DNA of 64,000 nt from an uncultured Gammaproteobacteria bacterium (GTDB taxonomy: Bacteria > Patescibacteriota > Microgenomatia > Levybacterales > GWA1-39-11): assembly GCA_964409875.1 (NCBI GenBank), contig CAYPEN010000002.1, positions 65,067 to 129,066 of the forward strand. The letters run 5' to 3'. The notes under the pieces were generated by a model that was not told the origin of the DNA, ran no database searches, and saw only the letters and a list, made by a program, of their open reading frames with translations. The first letter of the stretch is position 1, and each line of letters starts with the position of its first letter. The position numbers were made by a program, and so were the translations under genes. This document shows positions 21,101 to 29,617 of this stretch, in pieces.

Positions 21101-21565
21101 GCGCCGGAATTCAAGCAACACCAAGCATATCCCGTTAATACAGAACAAATGTTGCCCAACCACTATAGTGTTTCTCCACAAGCTGGTGGCACTCTCACTT
21201 TTGCTCAAAGCTTTGACAAAGGATGGAAAGCATACTTACTTCCGCAAAAAAATCCGTCATGGATTCAAAGGATGCTGCCATTTATTTACGGAAAAGAATT
21301 AAAAAACCATGTTCTTTTGAACAATTGGGCGAACGGGTGGAATATTCAGGATAATCTGGCTTCAAATTCTAATGTTGTAGTTGTGTATGTTCCCCAATAT
21401 TTGGAGTTTGGAGGATTTTTATTGCTTATATTAGCTTTGCTTTCTTTTTTAACACATTCTTTTTGGATGAAAGTAAACACTGGAGTTTTAAAAGTTAATA
21501 ATTTTTTTGAGAATAAAGCACAATTCTTTAAAAGTCTTATTGAGCTACGGTTTTCAAAAACTTGA
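18155..21565 (+). CDS. Large GT-C membrane protein (AftD/YfhO-like) with a big extracellular region
   Basis: N-terminal TM bundle with GWD motif; C-terminal QSFDKGW...NNWANGW...YVPQ motif typical of YfhO/AftD-like proteins. Confidence 0.65.
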   Translation: MKNFTKKHMWLYFLNFIVIVTAIINFPVNKYFIGWDALNPEFNVPLNVIRAIFPFWQNNYGLGTLTGHGFAATLPHTLIIGLLSIVLPQWSLRSFFTFLCFYSGGIGMYFLVSYVLRRIGRDMVWLSQLISPIAFISSLFYLFNLGTIQVFYIQLEAFIAQFATLPWLFLAVFLALDKGKTKHYLLLFLISLFSSIQGFIPSLYIAYFTMLLITLCGFAFSHRTKDSLARTLKVLFTTLAANLYWLLPVAYFQLTHGAGFLEAYNNLSSTPHFIELSKQYGNLANVALLKSYLFSSFELGGYILQPYITHLASSVVPIIGYGIFALICFGLVASVIRFKNYYTLTLAASFLYLFSSLAIDTFPFNLLTKFLQTISPTYEQAFRTTFTKFGIGMSFLYSIEFAFALFMIAYFIGKIGKKISFYAIFTVIAFALIYYSWPSLSGNLLYKKLQVKIPPAYFDLMDHMNSDSEGRIADLPQYCTSGWYAYNWGYFGSGFMWYGVKQPFLSRSFDVWSNNNENYYWELSQDLNSKNYKKAAEVLNKYHVSWVLYDPNIISCTSPKNILVNKDFVSYLTSSSNFSVEKIFSKGVYSPILLLRNNAMADTNYFSLEKDLPNIGPSSQWLDSDEAAAPYITTSKETYQTYLPFRSLLTKRGPQNGSNPAISVQNNEGTVTTELPKIGTYQLQSNNYVSTEKMLPIKISLQKNADTTTNIFLQPLFPIVTLNGKVLSYQAQKLLIGIISADVERTLSLYVNGQIIKPTNNNYSTMFSTNSVNTIQITNGESLLYSWESSDNVYQNEISAYVKAQPSTINNGGRLTVTFPVITDNEYFGINQTNIASIVPVPCNEITPTNRNVFEVNSEPDKQFVRLISQNSSQCIKLSSPHIFDNQGYVMSVLSANISGNLPRTSLYNNGNLIYSDLTTGKKGSLTQTAYIIPPSSESEVGYDFEFLNSSHTNGVSKNDFYGFSLYPIPYNYLKSLRLIPNAPEFKQHQAYPVNTEQMLPNHYSVSPQAGGTLTFAQSFDKGWKAYLLPQKNPSWIQRMLPFIYGKELKNHVLLNNWANGWNIQDNLASNSNVVVVYVPQYLEFGGFLLLILALLSFLTHSFWMKVNTGVLKVNNFFENKAQFFKSLIELRFSKT

Positions 21566-21699
21566 GATCCTAGGTGTAAAAAGTTTTCCAGAAGATATCC
21601 ACATTAATTTAGATATGTATATTTTTATTGATTTATCAATCTATTTTGTATTGGTACAAACTCTAGGCCTGCATCATAATATATCACTTTTGTTATAGG

Positions 21700-21728
21700 T
21701 TGAAGAGCTTGACAGGATATGCTATACT
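21700..21728 (+). promoter_or_regulatory. Sigma70-type promoter for a small ORF
   Basis: TTGAAG-17 nt-TATACT with extended -10 TG; ATG follows 9 nt downstream. Confidence 0.55.
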
Positions 21729-21737
21729 TTCAAAAGT

Positions 21738-21884
21738 ATGAAACTATTTTCGTTTGCAACCAAAAATAAAAAGAGCGCGCGACGCAAGAGGATATTCTCA
21801 GATTACTATCAGGAATCGGTAAACACTTACGGAAGACAACAGCTTAAATCACTCATCGACAAAGGGCTTTCAGCTCAATGGTAA
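21738..21884 (+). CDS. Small basic protein of 48 aa (below the ORF-track cutoff)
   Basis: MKLFSFATKNKKSARRKRIFSDYYQESVNTYGRQQLKSLIDKGLSAQW, directly downstream of a consensus promoter. Confidence 0.5.
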   Translation: MKLFSFATKNKKSARRKRIFSDYYQESVNTYGRQQLKSLIDKGLSAQW

Positions 21885-21912
21885 TTGTTACCAAATTGGT
21901 GAGTTTGGTCTT

Positions 21913-21989
21913 TTAAAACGGGTAAAAAACACGTTTCAAGCTTTGCTTAAAAGGGTATCAACCGTTTCAAGCTTTGCTTAAAACGGGTA
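21913..21989. repeat. Tandem palindromic repeat, period about 31 bp
   Basis: CGTTTCAAGCTTTGCTTAAAA occurs at 21932-21952 and 21963-21983; a partial TTAAAACGGGTA copy is at 21913-21924. Confidence 0.85.
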
Positions 21990-22347
21990 CGCTAATAGTT
22001 GTATCTTTCTTCAAGAGAAAGAAAAAGAGCATCGCTTTCGCTACTCATAAATAAATCCAAGTACGAAAAGCAATGCTCTTTTAACTGTTAGCTTTTAGTC
22101 TTTAGGCAGGGTAAGACTATGCTAGAATTCAAAATAGCAAATTCTACACTTGCTTGTCAAGAAAAAATGCTGAAGCAAATTTTAACAGTTTAGATTGTTA
22201 AATGGATGCTTTTCACGCATGCTTAATGTTGATTGAATGAAGTGGAAGAGTTGGGCAGGCTTTTCCACTTCATTGAGTTAATATAGAGCAGCACCCTACT
22301 CCCGCAATAAAAAACAGAATCCACGCGTTAAAAAATTCCTGGAAAAA

Positions 22348-23808
22348 TTAATGAAGTTCTTTTGGAGAAATGACTTTCAAGGTTGAAACTTGACCTTCGA
22401 CCATCCAATTATCCCCATACAGAAGAATATAATACTTATTCTCATCAAACAAATTGTGTTTTTTGAGGTACTCAATCGCATTTTTCATGTCATCCAGTTT
22501 TACTTGCTGACCTTTCTTGAATATGGTCGGTTGAACGAAAGGAACAACGCCGAAATTAACCGTTAGACTATCTCTCACCTTCTCATTTGGTGCAAATACA
22601 AATATAGGCGCTTCTGCTCTATATCGGGAAAGCTTACGGGCCGTCCTACCTTTCTCTGTAAACACTACAAATCCCCCAAAATTGAAGTTTTTCTTTCGAA
22701 ACTGTAGGTAGAGGTTATATGCAGTATCGCAAAGCATTTCTTCAGCATCTACGCTTATAAAATCAAATGTGCTCCGTGTATCTTTCAGCATGACATTGCG
22801 CTCATTAAAGACAATGGTCTTTTTCATGTATCCAACTGCTTCAAGCGGGTACTGGCCCGCAGCAGATTCTTCAGACAGCATCACCATATCTGTAAGGTCA
22901 AAAACAGCATTTGCAATATCCGATATTTCAGCTCTGGTCGGATATGGGCGCTCTATCATGCTATGTATCATTTGAGTGGCCGTAATAACAGGAAAACCCC
23001 GCTCGAGACATTTCTTTATCATGATTTTCTGGTAATAAGGAACTTGCTCGATAGGAAGCTCTACTCCCAAATCCCCCCGGGCAACCATTATCCCTTCTGA
23101 TGCATCAATAACTTCATCAAGATTGTCGATAGCAAGCTTGGTTTCAATTTTTGAGATTACTCTTCCCTCAAAGCCTTCTTTGGACATGAATTTTTTGAGG
23201 TCATACACGTCTTGCGCTGTTCTGACAAAAGAAAGCGCAACAAAATCAACAGGAGAATCTGCAAATCCTCTTATTGCTTCTTTATCTCTTGAGGTTATTG
23301 CAGCAAGAGGGAAATATACGCCTGGGACATTCAGGGTTTTTCTGGTCTTAAGAATTCCATTTGAATGGGCGACAAGCGTGACAGCATCTTTTGAGGCTTT
23401 AATAACCTCAAACTGGAATTTTCCATCATCAACGACAATTTTCTGTCCTTTTTCCATATAGGACAACACAACATCGTCCGTAAGACAAAAAGTATCATTA
23501 TCTTTTTGTTTTTTGGTAATTTCAATTTCGCTTCCTTTTTTTATTGCTACTTCAGCCATTTGAGGGGTAATAAGCCTAATTTCAGGTCCCTGAAGATCAA
23601 TAAGAGTTCCTATTGCCCTATTCATTTTCTTTGCTATTTCTTTGACAAGCGCAATCTTCTCTTTGTGCCATGAAAGCTCGTTGTGTTTGAGGTTAAACCT
23701 GAATACGTCGACTCCTGTTTCGATAAGCTTTTGTATCATTTCAGGACTGTCTGATGACGGGCCAATTGTTGCTATAATCTTTGTAAATTCTCCTATATTT
23801 TTATTCAT
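22348..23808 (-). CDS. pyk: Pyruvate kinase
   Basis: TKIIATIGPSS, DLQGPEIR, SKIE, IMVARGDLGVE and ITATQM motifs. Confidence 0.97.
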   Translation of the reverse strand: MNKNIGEFTKIIATIGPSSDSPEMIQKLIETGVDVFRFNLKHNELSWHKEKIALVKEIAKKMNRAIGTLIDLQGPEIRLITPQMAEVAIKKGSEIEITKKQKDNDTFCLTDDVVLSYMEKGQKIVVDDGKFQFEVIKASKDAVTLVAHSNGILKTRKTLNVPGVYFPLAAITSRDKEAIRGFADSPVDFVALSFVRTAQDVYDLKKFMSKEGFEGRVISKIETKLAIDNLDEVIDASEGIMVARGDLGVELPIEQVPYYQKIMIKKCLERGFPVITATQMIHSMIERPYPTRAEISDIANAVFDLTDMVMLSEESAAGQYPLEAVGYMKKTIVFNERNVMLKDTRSTFDFISVDAEEMLCDTAYNLYLQFRKKNFNFGGFVVFTEKGRTARKLSRYRAEAPIFVFAPNEKVRDSLTVNFGVVPFVQPTIFKKGQQVKLDDMKNAIEYLKKHNLFDENKYYILLYGDNWMVEGQVSTLKVISPKELH

Positions 23809-23907
23809 AATCAAAAAATTAACAAAGATACCGAGAGTCTCCGACGTGCGTTAGCGAGTCGAAAGAGTTGACGGTAACTTTGTAAATTCTCCTATATTTT
23901 TATTCAT
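23779..23907 (-). repeat. Exact 30-bp direct repeat of the first 10 pyk codons flanking a 69-bp palindromic insert
   Basis: CTTTGTAAATTCTCCTATATTTTTATTCAT at 23779-23808 and 23878-23907. Confidence 0.9.
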
Positions 23908-23996
23908 GCTTGTTTCAGTAAAAAAGCGGCATACAATTGATACCGCCAAAGAAGTATTCTAATACAAAAACCCTAATTTGTGAAGGGGTTATATGT

Positions 23997-24788
23997 TTAA
24001 ATCACAATTTTTCCGAAGAAAATCCTCCCAACGTCTGTCTGGATAACTCTCGAGATCAAAACTTTCACCGTCTGATCTATCAAATCTTCCCCTTCTTCAA
24101 CGACAACCATTGTTCCGTCAGGCAGATACCCTACTCCTTGCTTTTCTCCCTTTCCTTTCTGAACCACCTTGATGAAAAACGCCTCACCCGGAAGCGCTGT
24201 TGTCTTCAAAACATTTGCCATTTCATACATATCAATTGCAGTGACACTTGATATTTGTGCTTTTTTTGAAAGGTTGAAATCGCAGGTAATTATTTTCCCT
24301 TTATTCTTCTTTGCAGCCTCAATAATGCGCTCATCTACCGCTTTTTTAATACTTGAGTCGTCATATATCTCAAATTTAATATTCTTTTCCTTTCTCAGTT
24401 TTTCAAGTAGGGTCAAACCTCTTCTCCCCCGCTCTTTTTTCACCTCGTCTTTTGAATCTGCAATATGTTTCAACTCATCCAACACACCCTCAATCACAAC
24501 AAAGGTACCGGTAAAAACCCCGAGGCGAATCAAATCAAAAACACGGGCGTCAATAATTGCTGATGTATCAAGAAACAATGGGTTATCTAATTTTTTTTCA
24601 GTCTTGTTTTCACCCCTTTTTAGTTGCTTCGCAACGATATTACCGACCTCTTCGGCTATTTGGGAAACGACCCTTTGAGGCAAAAGTATGCCGTCAAGCA
24701 GCCGGTTGGCTTCATGATTCGTTGGTGAAGTCTTGGACTTTTTTGGTTCTTTTTTTATTGTTTTTACTGTTTGTTTTTTTGCTGGCAT
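23997..24788 (-). CDS. PIN/TRAM domain protein (YacL-like, lacking the TM part)
   Basis: LDTSAIIDAR, RGRRGL, TCDFNL and QGVGYLPDGTMVVVE motifs; adjacent to radA as is usual for YacL. Confidence 0.9.
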   Translation of the reverse strand: MPAKKQTVKTIKKEPKKSKTSPTNHEANRLLDGILLPQRVVSQIAEEVGNIVAKQLKRGENKTEKKLDNPLFLDTSAIIDARVFDLIRLGVFTGTFVVIEGVLDELKHIADSKDEVKKERGRRGLTLLEKLRKEKNIKFEIYDDSSIKKAVDERIIEAAKKNKGKIITCDFNLSKKAQISSVTAIDMYEMANVLKTTALPGEAFFIKVVQKGKGEKQGVGYLPDGTMVVVEEGEDLIDQTVKVLISRVIQTDVGRIFFGKIVI

Positions 24789-24830
24789 AGTTTATTTTCT
24801 TATTTTGTGTTTAAAATAGGCTGAATTATT

Positions 24831-26189
24831 CTACTTTTTACCACCCACTATTTTTAAAGCATCTTTCAAATATGGTGCTTCTTTGTACGTAACTAGATTT
24901 TTGTATCCGAACTTTTTTGCCTCTTTTACTCTTTTTTCTAGACTTATAACCCCCTTTGTCTCACCCAAAAGCCCGACTTCGGCTATTGCAACTGTTTGAG
25001 AAAGGGCGACACTTTTAATGCTTGAGGCTATCGCAAGGCAAATTGCTAAGTCTGAGGCGGTTTCTGTTATCTTTAGCCCACCCACAACATTGACAAAAAC
25101 GTCGTACTTATCAGCATTTATTGTACCATGACGCTGAAGAACAGCCAAGAGAAGCTCTAACCTCCTGTCTGAAATGCCTTGCGCAACTCGTCGGGGGAAG
25201 GCAAGATTTGAAGGAACGGTCAGGGCCTGCACTTCGATAAGAAGTGGTCTTGAACCTTCCATGATAATTGTGATACATGAACCTGGCACATTTTTGTCAG
25301 AAGCTCCCAAGAAAAAATCTTTCACATTTGAAATTTCAACTAATCCTCTTTCTTCCATAATGAAAATCCCTACTTCGCTCGTATCCCCGAAGCGGTTCTT
25401 CAGTGACCTAAGGATTCGTGTTCCTGTAAGAGCTTCACCCTCAAGATATAAAACGCAATCGACCATATGCGCGAGTAATTGTGGTCCTGCAATAGTACCC
25501 TCTTTCGTAACATGGCCTATAAAAAAGACTGGAGTATGCGTACTTTTCGCAAAATTAACAAGTTTTAACGTAGCGTAGCGTAATTGTGGAAGGGAACCGG
25601 GAAATCCGGTAGCCTGCTCGGATGCCACCGTTTGGATAGAATCGATTATTAAAATGTCTACTTTATGCTTTTCTGCTGTTGCAACAGCTTGGTCAATATC
25701 TGTACTCGAAAGTAGATATAAATCCTCATTTTGTATTCCGTTATTGCCTGCAATTCTTTCAGCTCTTATCTTTATTTGTGATTCACTTTCCTCTCCTGAA
25801 ACGTACAGTATTTTCTTTTTCCCTTTTGCCACTGCCAAGGCTATTTGCAACATTATTGTTGATTTGCCAATTCCCGGATCTCCCGATAACAGGATAACTT
25901 CTCCGGGAACAATCCCCTGTTTGAATCCTGAGCTTGTCGAAGGACCGCCCAATACTCTGTCAAATTCTGAAATGGTAGTTGAGATACGGGAGAGTTCGCT
26001 GCTTTTGACCTGGCTTACTTTTTGAATATGTTCAACGGGTTCTGCGCCTCTACTCCCAAACCCTTTTTTAGGCTTATCGGGAAGACTCATTTCCTGAAAT
26101 GTATTCCAAGACGAACATGAAGGACAAAGACCTAACCATTTGGAACTTTCATAACCGCAGTTGTTGCATACAAATATTTTCTTTGTCAT
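24831..26189 (-). CDS. radA: DNA repair protein RadA/Sms
   Basis: C4 zinc finger, GDPGIGKST and KNRFG motifs, Lon-like C-terminus. Confidence 0.97.
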   Translation of the reverse strand: MTKKIFVCNNCGYESSKWLGLCPSCSSWNTFQEMSLPDKPKKGFGSRGAEPVEHIQKVSQVKSSELSRISTTISEFDRVLGGPSTSSGFKQGIVPGEVILLSGDPGIGKSTIMLQIALAVAKGKKKILYVSGEESESQIKIRAERIAGNNGIQNEDLYLLSSTDIDQAVATAEKHKVDILIIDSIQTVASEQATGFPGSLPQLRYATLKLVNFAKSTHTPVFFIGHVTKEGTIAGPQLLAHMVDCVLYLEGEALTGTRILRSLKNRFGDTSEVGIFIMEERGLVEISNVKDFFLGASDKNVPGSCITIIMEGSRPLLIEVQALTVPSNLAFPRRVAQGISDRRLELLLAVLQRHGTINADKYDVFVNVVGGLKITETASDLAICLAIASSIKSVALSQTVAIAEVGLLGETKGVISLEKRVKEAKKFGYKNLVTYKEAPYLKDALKIVGGKK

Positions 26190-26329
26190 GATAAATCCCC
26201 TGTAGCCAAATTAGCTTACAATTGCATGATATATATGTAGTTTAAGAATAGCAAAAGAAATTAGTTAAAACCAGGCTCGAATGTTGAGGCAGGAGATTGG
26301 TTTTTAGCACCAAACTTCGTTAAAAGGTA

Positions 26330-27403
26330 CTATCGATACGTAATAACTTTTGTCTTCAGTACCGGGGAAACAAGAACAAGCCTTTTCTTGTCGTCAAATC
26401 CAGTAACCTCGACCTCTATTGATTCATCCACTTTATACTCGGTACCTGTTGGTATTTTGCTTGAAGATATAAAACCATTGACACCTTTCTCAAGAGACAA
26501 AGTAATGCCTTTCGACTTCACATCTATGACCGTTCCTTTAACAGTCTCTTCCAATTTATACTTCTTCTTTACTTCCTCAAAGGCATCTTTCTCAAGTCTC
26601 TTAAGAGATAAATTGACTCTTTTGTTCTCGACATCGATACCGATTACTTGAGTTTCCAGTGTTTCTCCTATCTTAAACTTTGATTCCAAGCCTTCAACTC
26701 TTTGATGTGAGACTTCTGAAATATGTATAAATCCTTCAATCAATATGCCTTCTTTAGGCGATATTTCCAAATAAATTCCATATGAAGTAACAAGCGTTAC
26801 CACTCCTTTTATAACAGTATCCCGCTTCAAATATTTCTCTATCTCGGAAACATTCATAAGATAGTGAGTAGCTTTCTGTGATACAATTACTCTCTTCTTC
26901 TCTCTATCAAATTCTATAACCTTTACCTCAACATCATCGCCTTGATTGAGCCTTCCCTCCAAAAGTTGGGAATTCGGCAAAAATCCTTTGATTCCCCCAT
27001 CCGTTTCGATAAAATAGCCACCTCGTGTCACTTCAAGAATATGCGCAGTAAGCGTCGTATCTGCCCGAAAAACACTTTCTAACGCTCCATACACCTTCTC
27101 CTCAAGCATTCTTCGAAGGGATAATACCGGAAAACCTTCTTCAGATTCAGGTGAAATAACGCTTGCTGTCACTTTATCACCCACCTTCAAAAGACTTAAA
27201 AGGTTCTCAAGATTTTGCTTGTCATACTCGATAACAAGCGCATCGGATTTATAACCGATATCAAGAAGAATTTCTTTTGGGGTAAGTTTTTTGACTGTTC
27301 CGGTCACAATATCTCCTCTTTTAAGAGCATTAAACGAAGAAGATTGGCGGGACATTAATTCCGCCATTGAAGTTGCTTTAGTAGTAGATGTCGAATTTGC
27401 CAC
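26330..27403 (-). CDS. rpsA: 30S ribosomal protein S1 (four S1 domains), GTG start
   Basis: Repeated S1 motifs GFLPNSQ, EGFIHISEVS and RVNLSLK. Confidence 0.88.
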   Translation of the reverse strand: MANSTSTTKATSMAELMSRQSSSFNALKRGDIVTGTVKKLTPKEILLDIGYKSDALVIEYDKQNLENLLSLLKVGDKVTASVISPESEEGFPVLSLRRMLEEKVYGALESVFRADTTLTAHILEVTRGGYFIETDGGIKGFLPNSQLLEGRLNQGDDVEVKVIEFDREKKRVIVSQKATHYLMNVSEIEKYLKRDTVIKGVVTLVTSYGIYLEISPKEGILIEGFIHISEVSHQRVEGLESKFKIGETLETQVIGIDVENKRVNLSLKRLEKDAFEEVKKKYKLEETVKGTVIDVKSKGITLSLEKGVNGFISSSKIPTGTEYKVDESIEVEVTGFDDKKRLVLVSPVLKTKVITYR

Positions 27404-27517
27404 TCAAATTATTTCCTTTCATTTTCAGAATAAGCTATTTTATCATAAAGAACAGGCAAACACAAAACTATTTTTTCCATTGATTGAACTCGTGACCGCT
27501 GGTATACTAGCAAGAAG

Positions 27518-28948
27518 GTGGCAGCTGAAGTTTTTTCATTCGCTCAAGTCTTGGGGGTGGAACTGCTAAGAGTTCCTGACTCTCCTGCGGCCGATTTTCA
27601 AGATTCTCCAGCTAACGTACTACCTTTTCCTTCAGAATTGGATCCAAAAGAATATCGGCAATTTACCCTTCCAACCGGTGAAACACTTCCTCTTAGCGGA
27701 CTTAAGGCGCTTTACATGCAAGCATTAATTTCGACAAGTCGAGAGAATCCACTTCTTGATAGTGATGCCAGAAATGCGTTGAGAAAACCTGGTGAGGACA
27801 TCACACCCAAAAAACTTCAAAGAAGATTGTTGCAAACAAGATGGCAACTGAATGAATGGTTCCAGGCATATGGTATACGATATGCAGTTGCTGAATGCTT
27901 TCATGAGGTTTCACCTAGTCAACTGCAAAGAGCACACTATCTGAGACCATTTGAACGCATTGAACCGGACGAAATGAAAGAACTTGCCGACCCTGCTACT
28001 CATCTGACAAATGAGACTGACCATGGTGTTCCTCCCGCAATTCCCGAGACACCTACTGTACCATCCCCACCAAAAACTCCTTCTATCCAGGCCCAATTGC
28101 GTGGCCTCATTGAGGAAGGGAAATATACCTACCTTCAAATTACTGCCCTTCTCTACCCGGGAATTCCTCTTGCCACCGCGAAAAATCGATTAAGTCCTCA
28201 GCTTAATCGATTGCGCGGCACTCTTTTGAACGAAGGTCTTTTTATTCCTGACGGGAGGAAAAATCTAGGCGGAGTTGTTACAGTGAAAAAAATAGGCGAA
28301 GAAGATGCTCTTCAGACACCGGAACAGGTGAAAGAGAAATCAGTAATGGAACATGCCGTAGAAAATGAAAACACTCCAATAACTCCACCTACCACAACAG
28401 ATAACCCAGATACGGTACCACAAGAGGCAGAAGATTTCTCTGACGAAGATGAACCGGCTCAAATAATCAACAGGGCACAGAAACGGGCTGAAGCCAAAAC
28501 CTCACCCAAATCAAAGCTCACAATTACACAAAATCCTGATTTTCCGGGAAAAGTTGAGGCTCGAATTGAAATACCGGGCAAAGGAAAAACACCTGGCCTT
28601 CAACTTAGCAGGGATGAAGCGCTCCTTTTTGAAACTATTTTTACGTCTCCCCAGTCATACACACATCCGGATTTGGAATTAAAAATGGTAGATATTGCAC
28701 GAAGTGCGGTGTTTGATAGTAGAGGTGGATTTGAAAGAGTATTTAACTCACTTAATAAAAAGCTGACAAAATGGCATATCAACATTTCTTTTAATGACAA
28801 AGAACAACTGGTTCTTTCGAATGCCACAGACAACCCGCTTACGCTTACTCCCGTTTTTCGCGACTATGAAAGTGACTTTGAAGAGAGACTCCAGGGACAG
28901 GAAAGACAAAGGCGGCGCCAACCCTCTCATGGCAAACTCCGACTCTAA
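27518..28948 (+). CDS. Hypothetical protein with low-complexity linkers and possible winged-helix-like segments
   Basis: Long ORF in the track with Pro/Thr/Glu linkers; no recognisable catalytic motif. Confidence 0.6.
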   Translation: MAAEVFSFAQVLGVELLRVPDSPAADFQDSPANVLPFPSELDPKEYRQFTLPTGETLPLSGLKALYMQALISTSRENPLLDSDARNALRKPGEDITPKKLQRRLLQTRWQLNEWFQAYGIRYAVAECFHEVSPSQLQRAHYLRPFERIEPDEMKELADPATHLTNETDHGVPPAIPETPTVPSPPKTPSIQAQLRGLIEEGKYTYLQITALLYPGIPLATAKNRLSPQLNRLRGTLLNEGLFIPDGRKNLGGVVTVKKIGEEDALQTPEQVKEKSVMEHAVENENTPITPPTTTDNPDTVPQEAEDFSDEDEPAQIINRAQKRAEAKTSPKSKLTITQNPDFPGKVEARIEIPGKGKTPGLQLSRDEALLFETIFTSPQSYTHPDLELKMVDIARSAVFDSRGGFERVFNSLNKKLTKWHINISFNDKEQLVLSNATDNPLTLTPVFRDYESDFEERLQGQERQRRRQPSHGKLRL

Positions 28949-28968
28949 AACATGGTATGATATAGGTT

Positions 28969-29571
28969 ATGGAAGCTTTCCTGATTGGCATTATTATCAT
29001 CGTTTTTTCGGCTATTTTGCATGAAATTGCGCATGGATTTGTAGCCGACAAATTGGGTGACCCGACAGCACGAATTGCCGGGCGTCTCACACTTAACCCC
29101 CTCCCCCATTTAGACCCTATTATGAGTATCATTGTTCCATTTCTTTTGATTGCTTCAGGCTCACCTATAATTTTTGGTGGTGCAAAACCGGTACCTGTTA
29201 ACCCTCTTATGCTTCGTGAGGGAAGAAAAGATATTGCGCTTGTTGCACTTTCTGGGCCTATGACCAACCTTGCCATTGCAGTTATAGCAGCGCTCTTAGC
29301 CCATCTCACCTATTCTTCTCCCGATATTTACAGTATCCTTCGCCTCGTTGTGCGGTTCAATCTTATTTTGGGGTTTCTAAACCTTATTCCAATTCCTCCC
29401 CTTGACGGCTCAAAGTTTTTCTCCATTTTATTCCCTGAGAAAACTGCCCAACAATATCTTTCCCTTGCACCTTTTGGTATCTTTATTCTCTTCTTATTGC
29501 TTTTAGCAACGCCTTTAGGCGACATTTTAAGTCAGCTTATTCTTACTTCTATGCATCTTTTGGGAATGTAA
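28969..29571 (+). CDS. Site-2 protease (M50 family)
   Basis: HEIAH and NLIPIPPLDG motifs. Confidence 0.95.
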   Translation: MEAFLIGIIIIVFSAILHEIAHGFVADKLGDPTARIAGRLTLNPLPHLDPIMSIIVPFLLIASGSPIIFGGAKPVPVNPLMLREGRKDIALVALSGPMTNLAIAVIAALLAHLTYSSPDIYSILRLVVRFNLILGFLNLIPIPPLDGSKFFSILFPEKTAQQYLSLAPFGIFILFLLLLATPLGDILSQLILTSMHLLGM

Positions 29572-29617
29572 ATTGATATTGAATTTTTAATTTCAAACCC
29601 GTAGAATAACTTCTGGC

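Noticed and set aside
21566-21700. Possible replication origin (AT-rich, ATATCCACA)
   Set aside because: There is only one imperfect DnaA box and no dnaA/dnaN context.
21913-21989. Possible CRISPR array (repeat begins GTTTCAA and is palindromic)
   Set aside because: There are only about 2.5 units, separated by 10 nt or less, with no spacer-length unique sequences and no cas genes.
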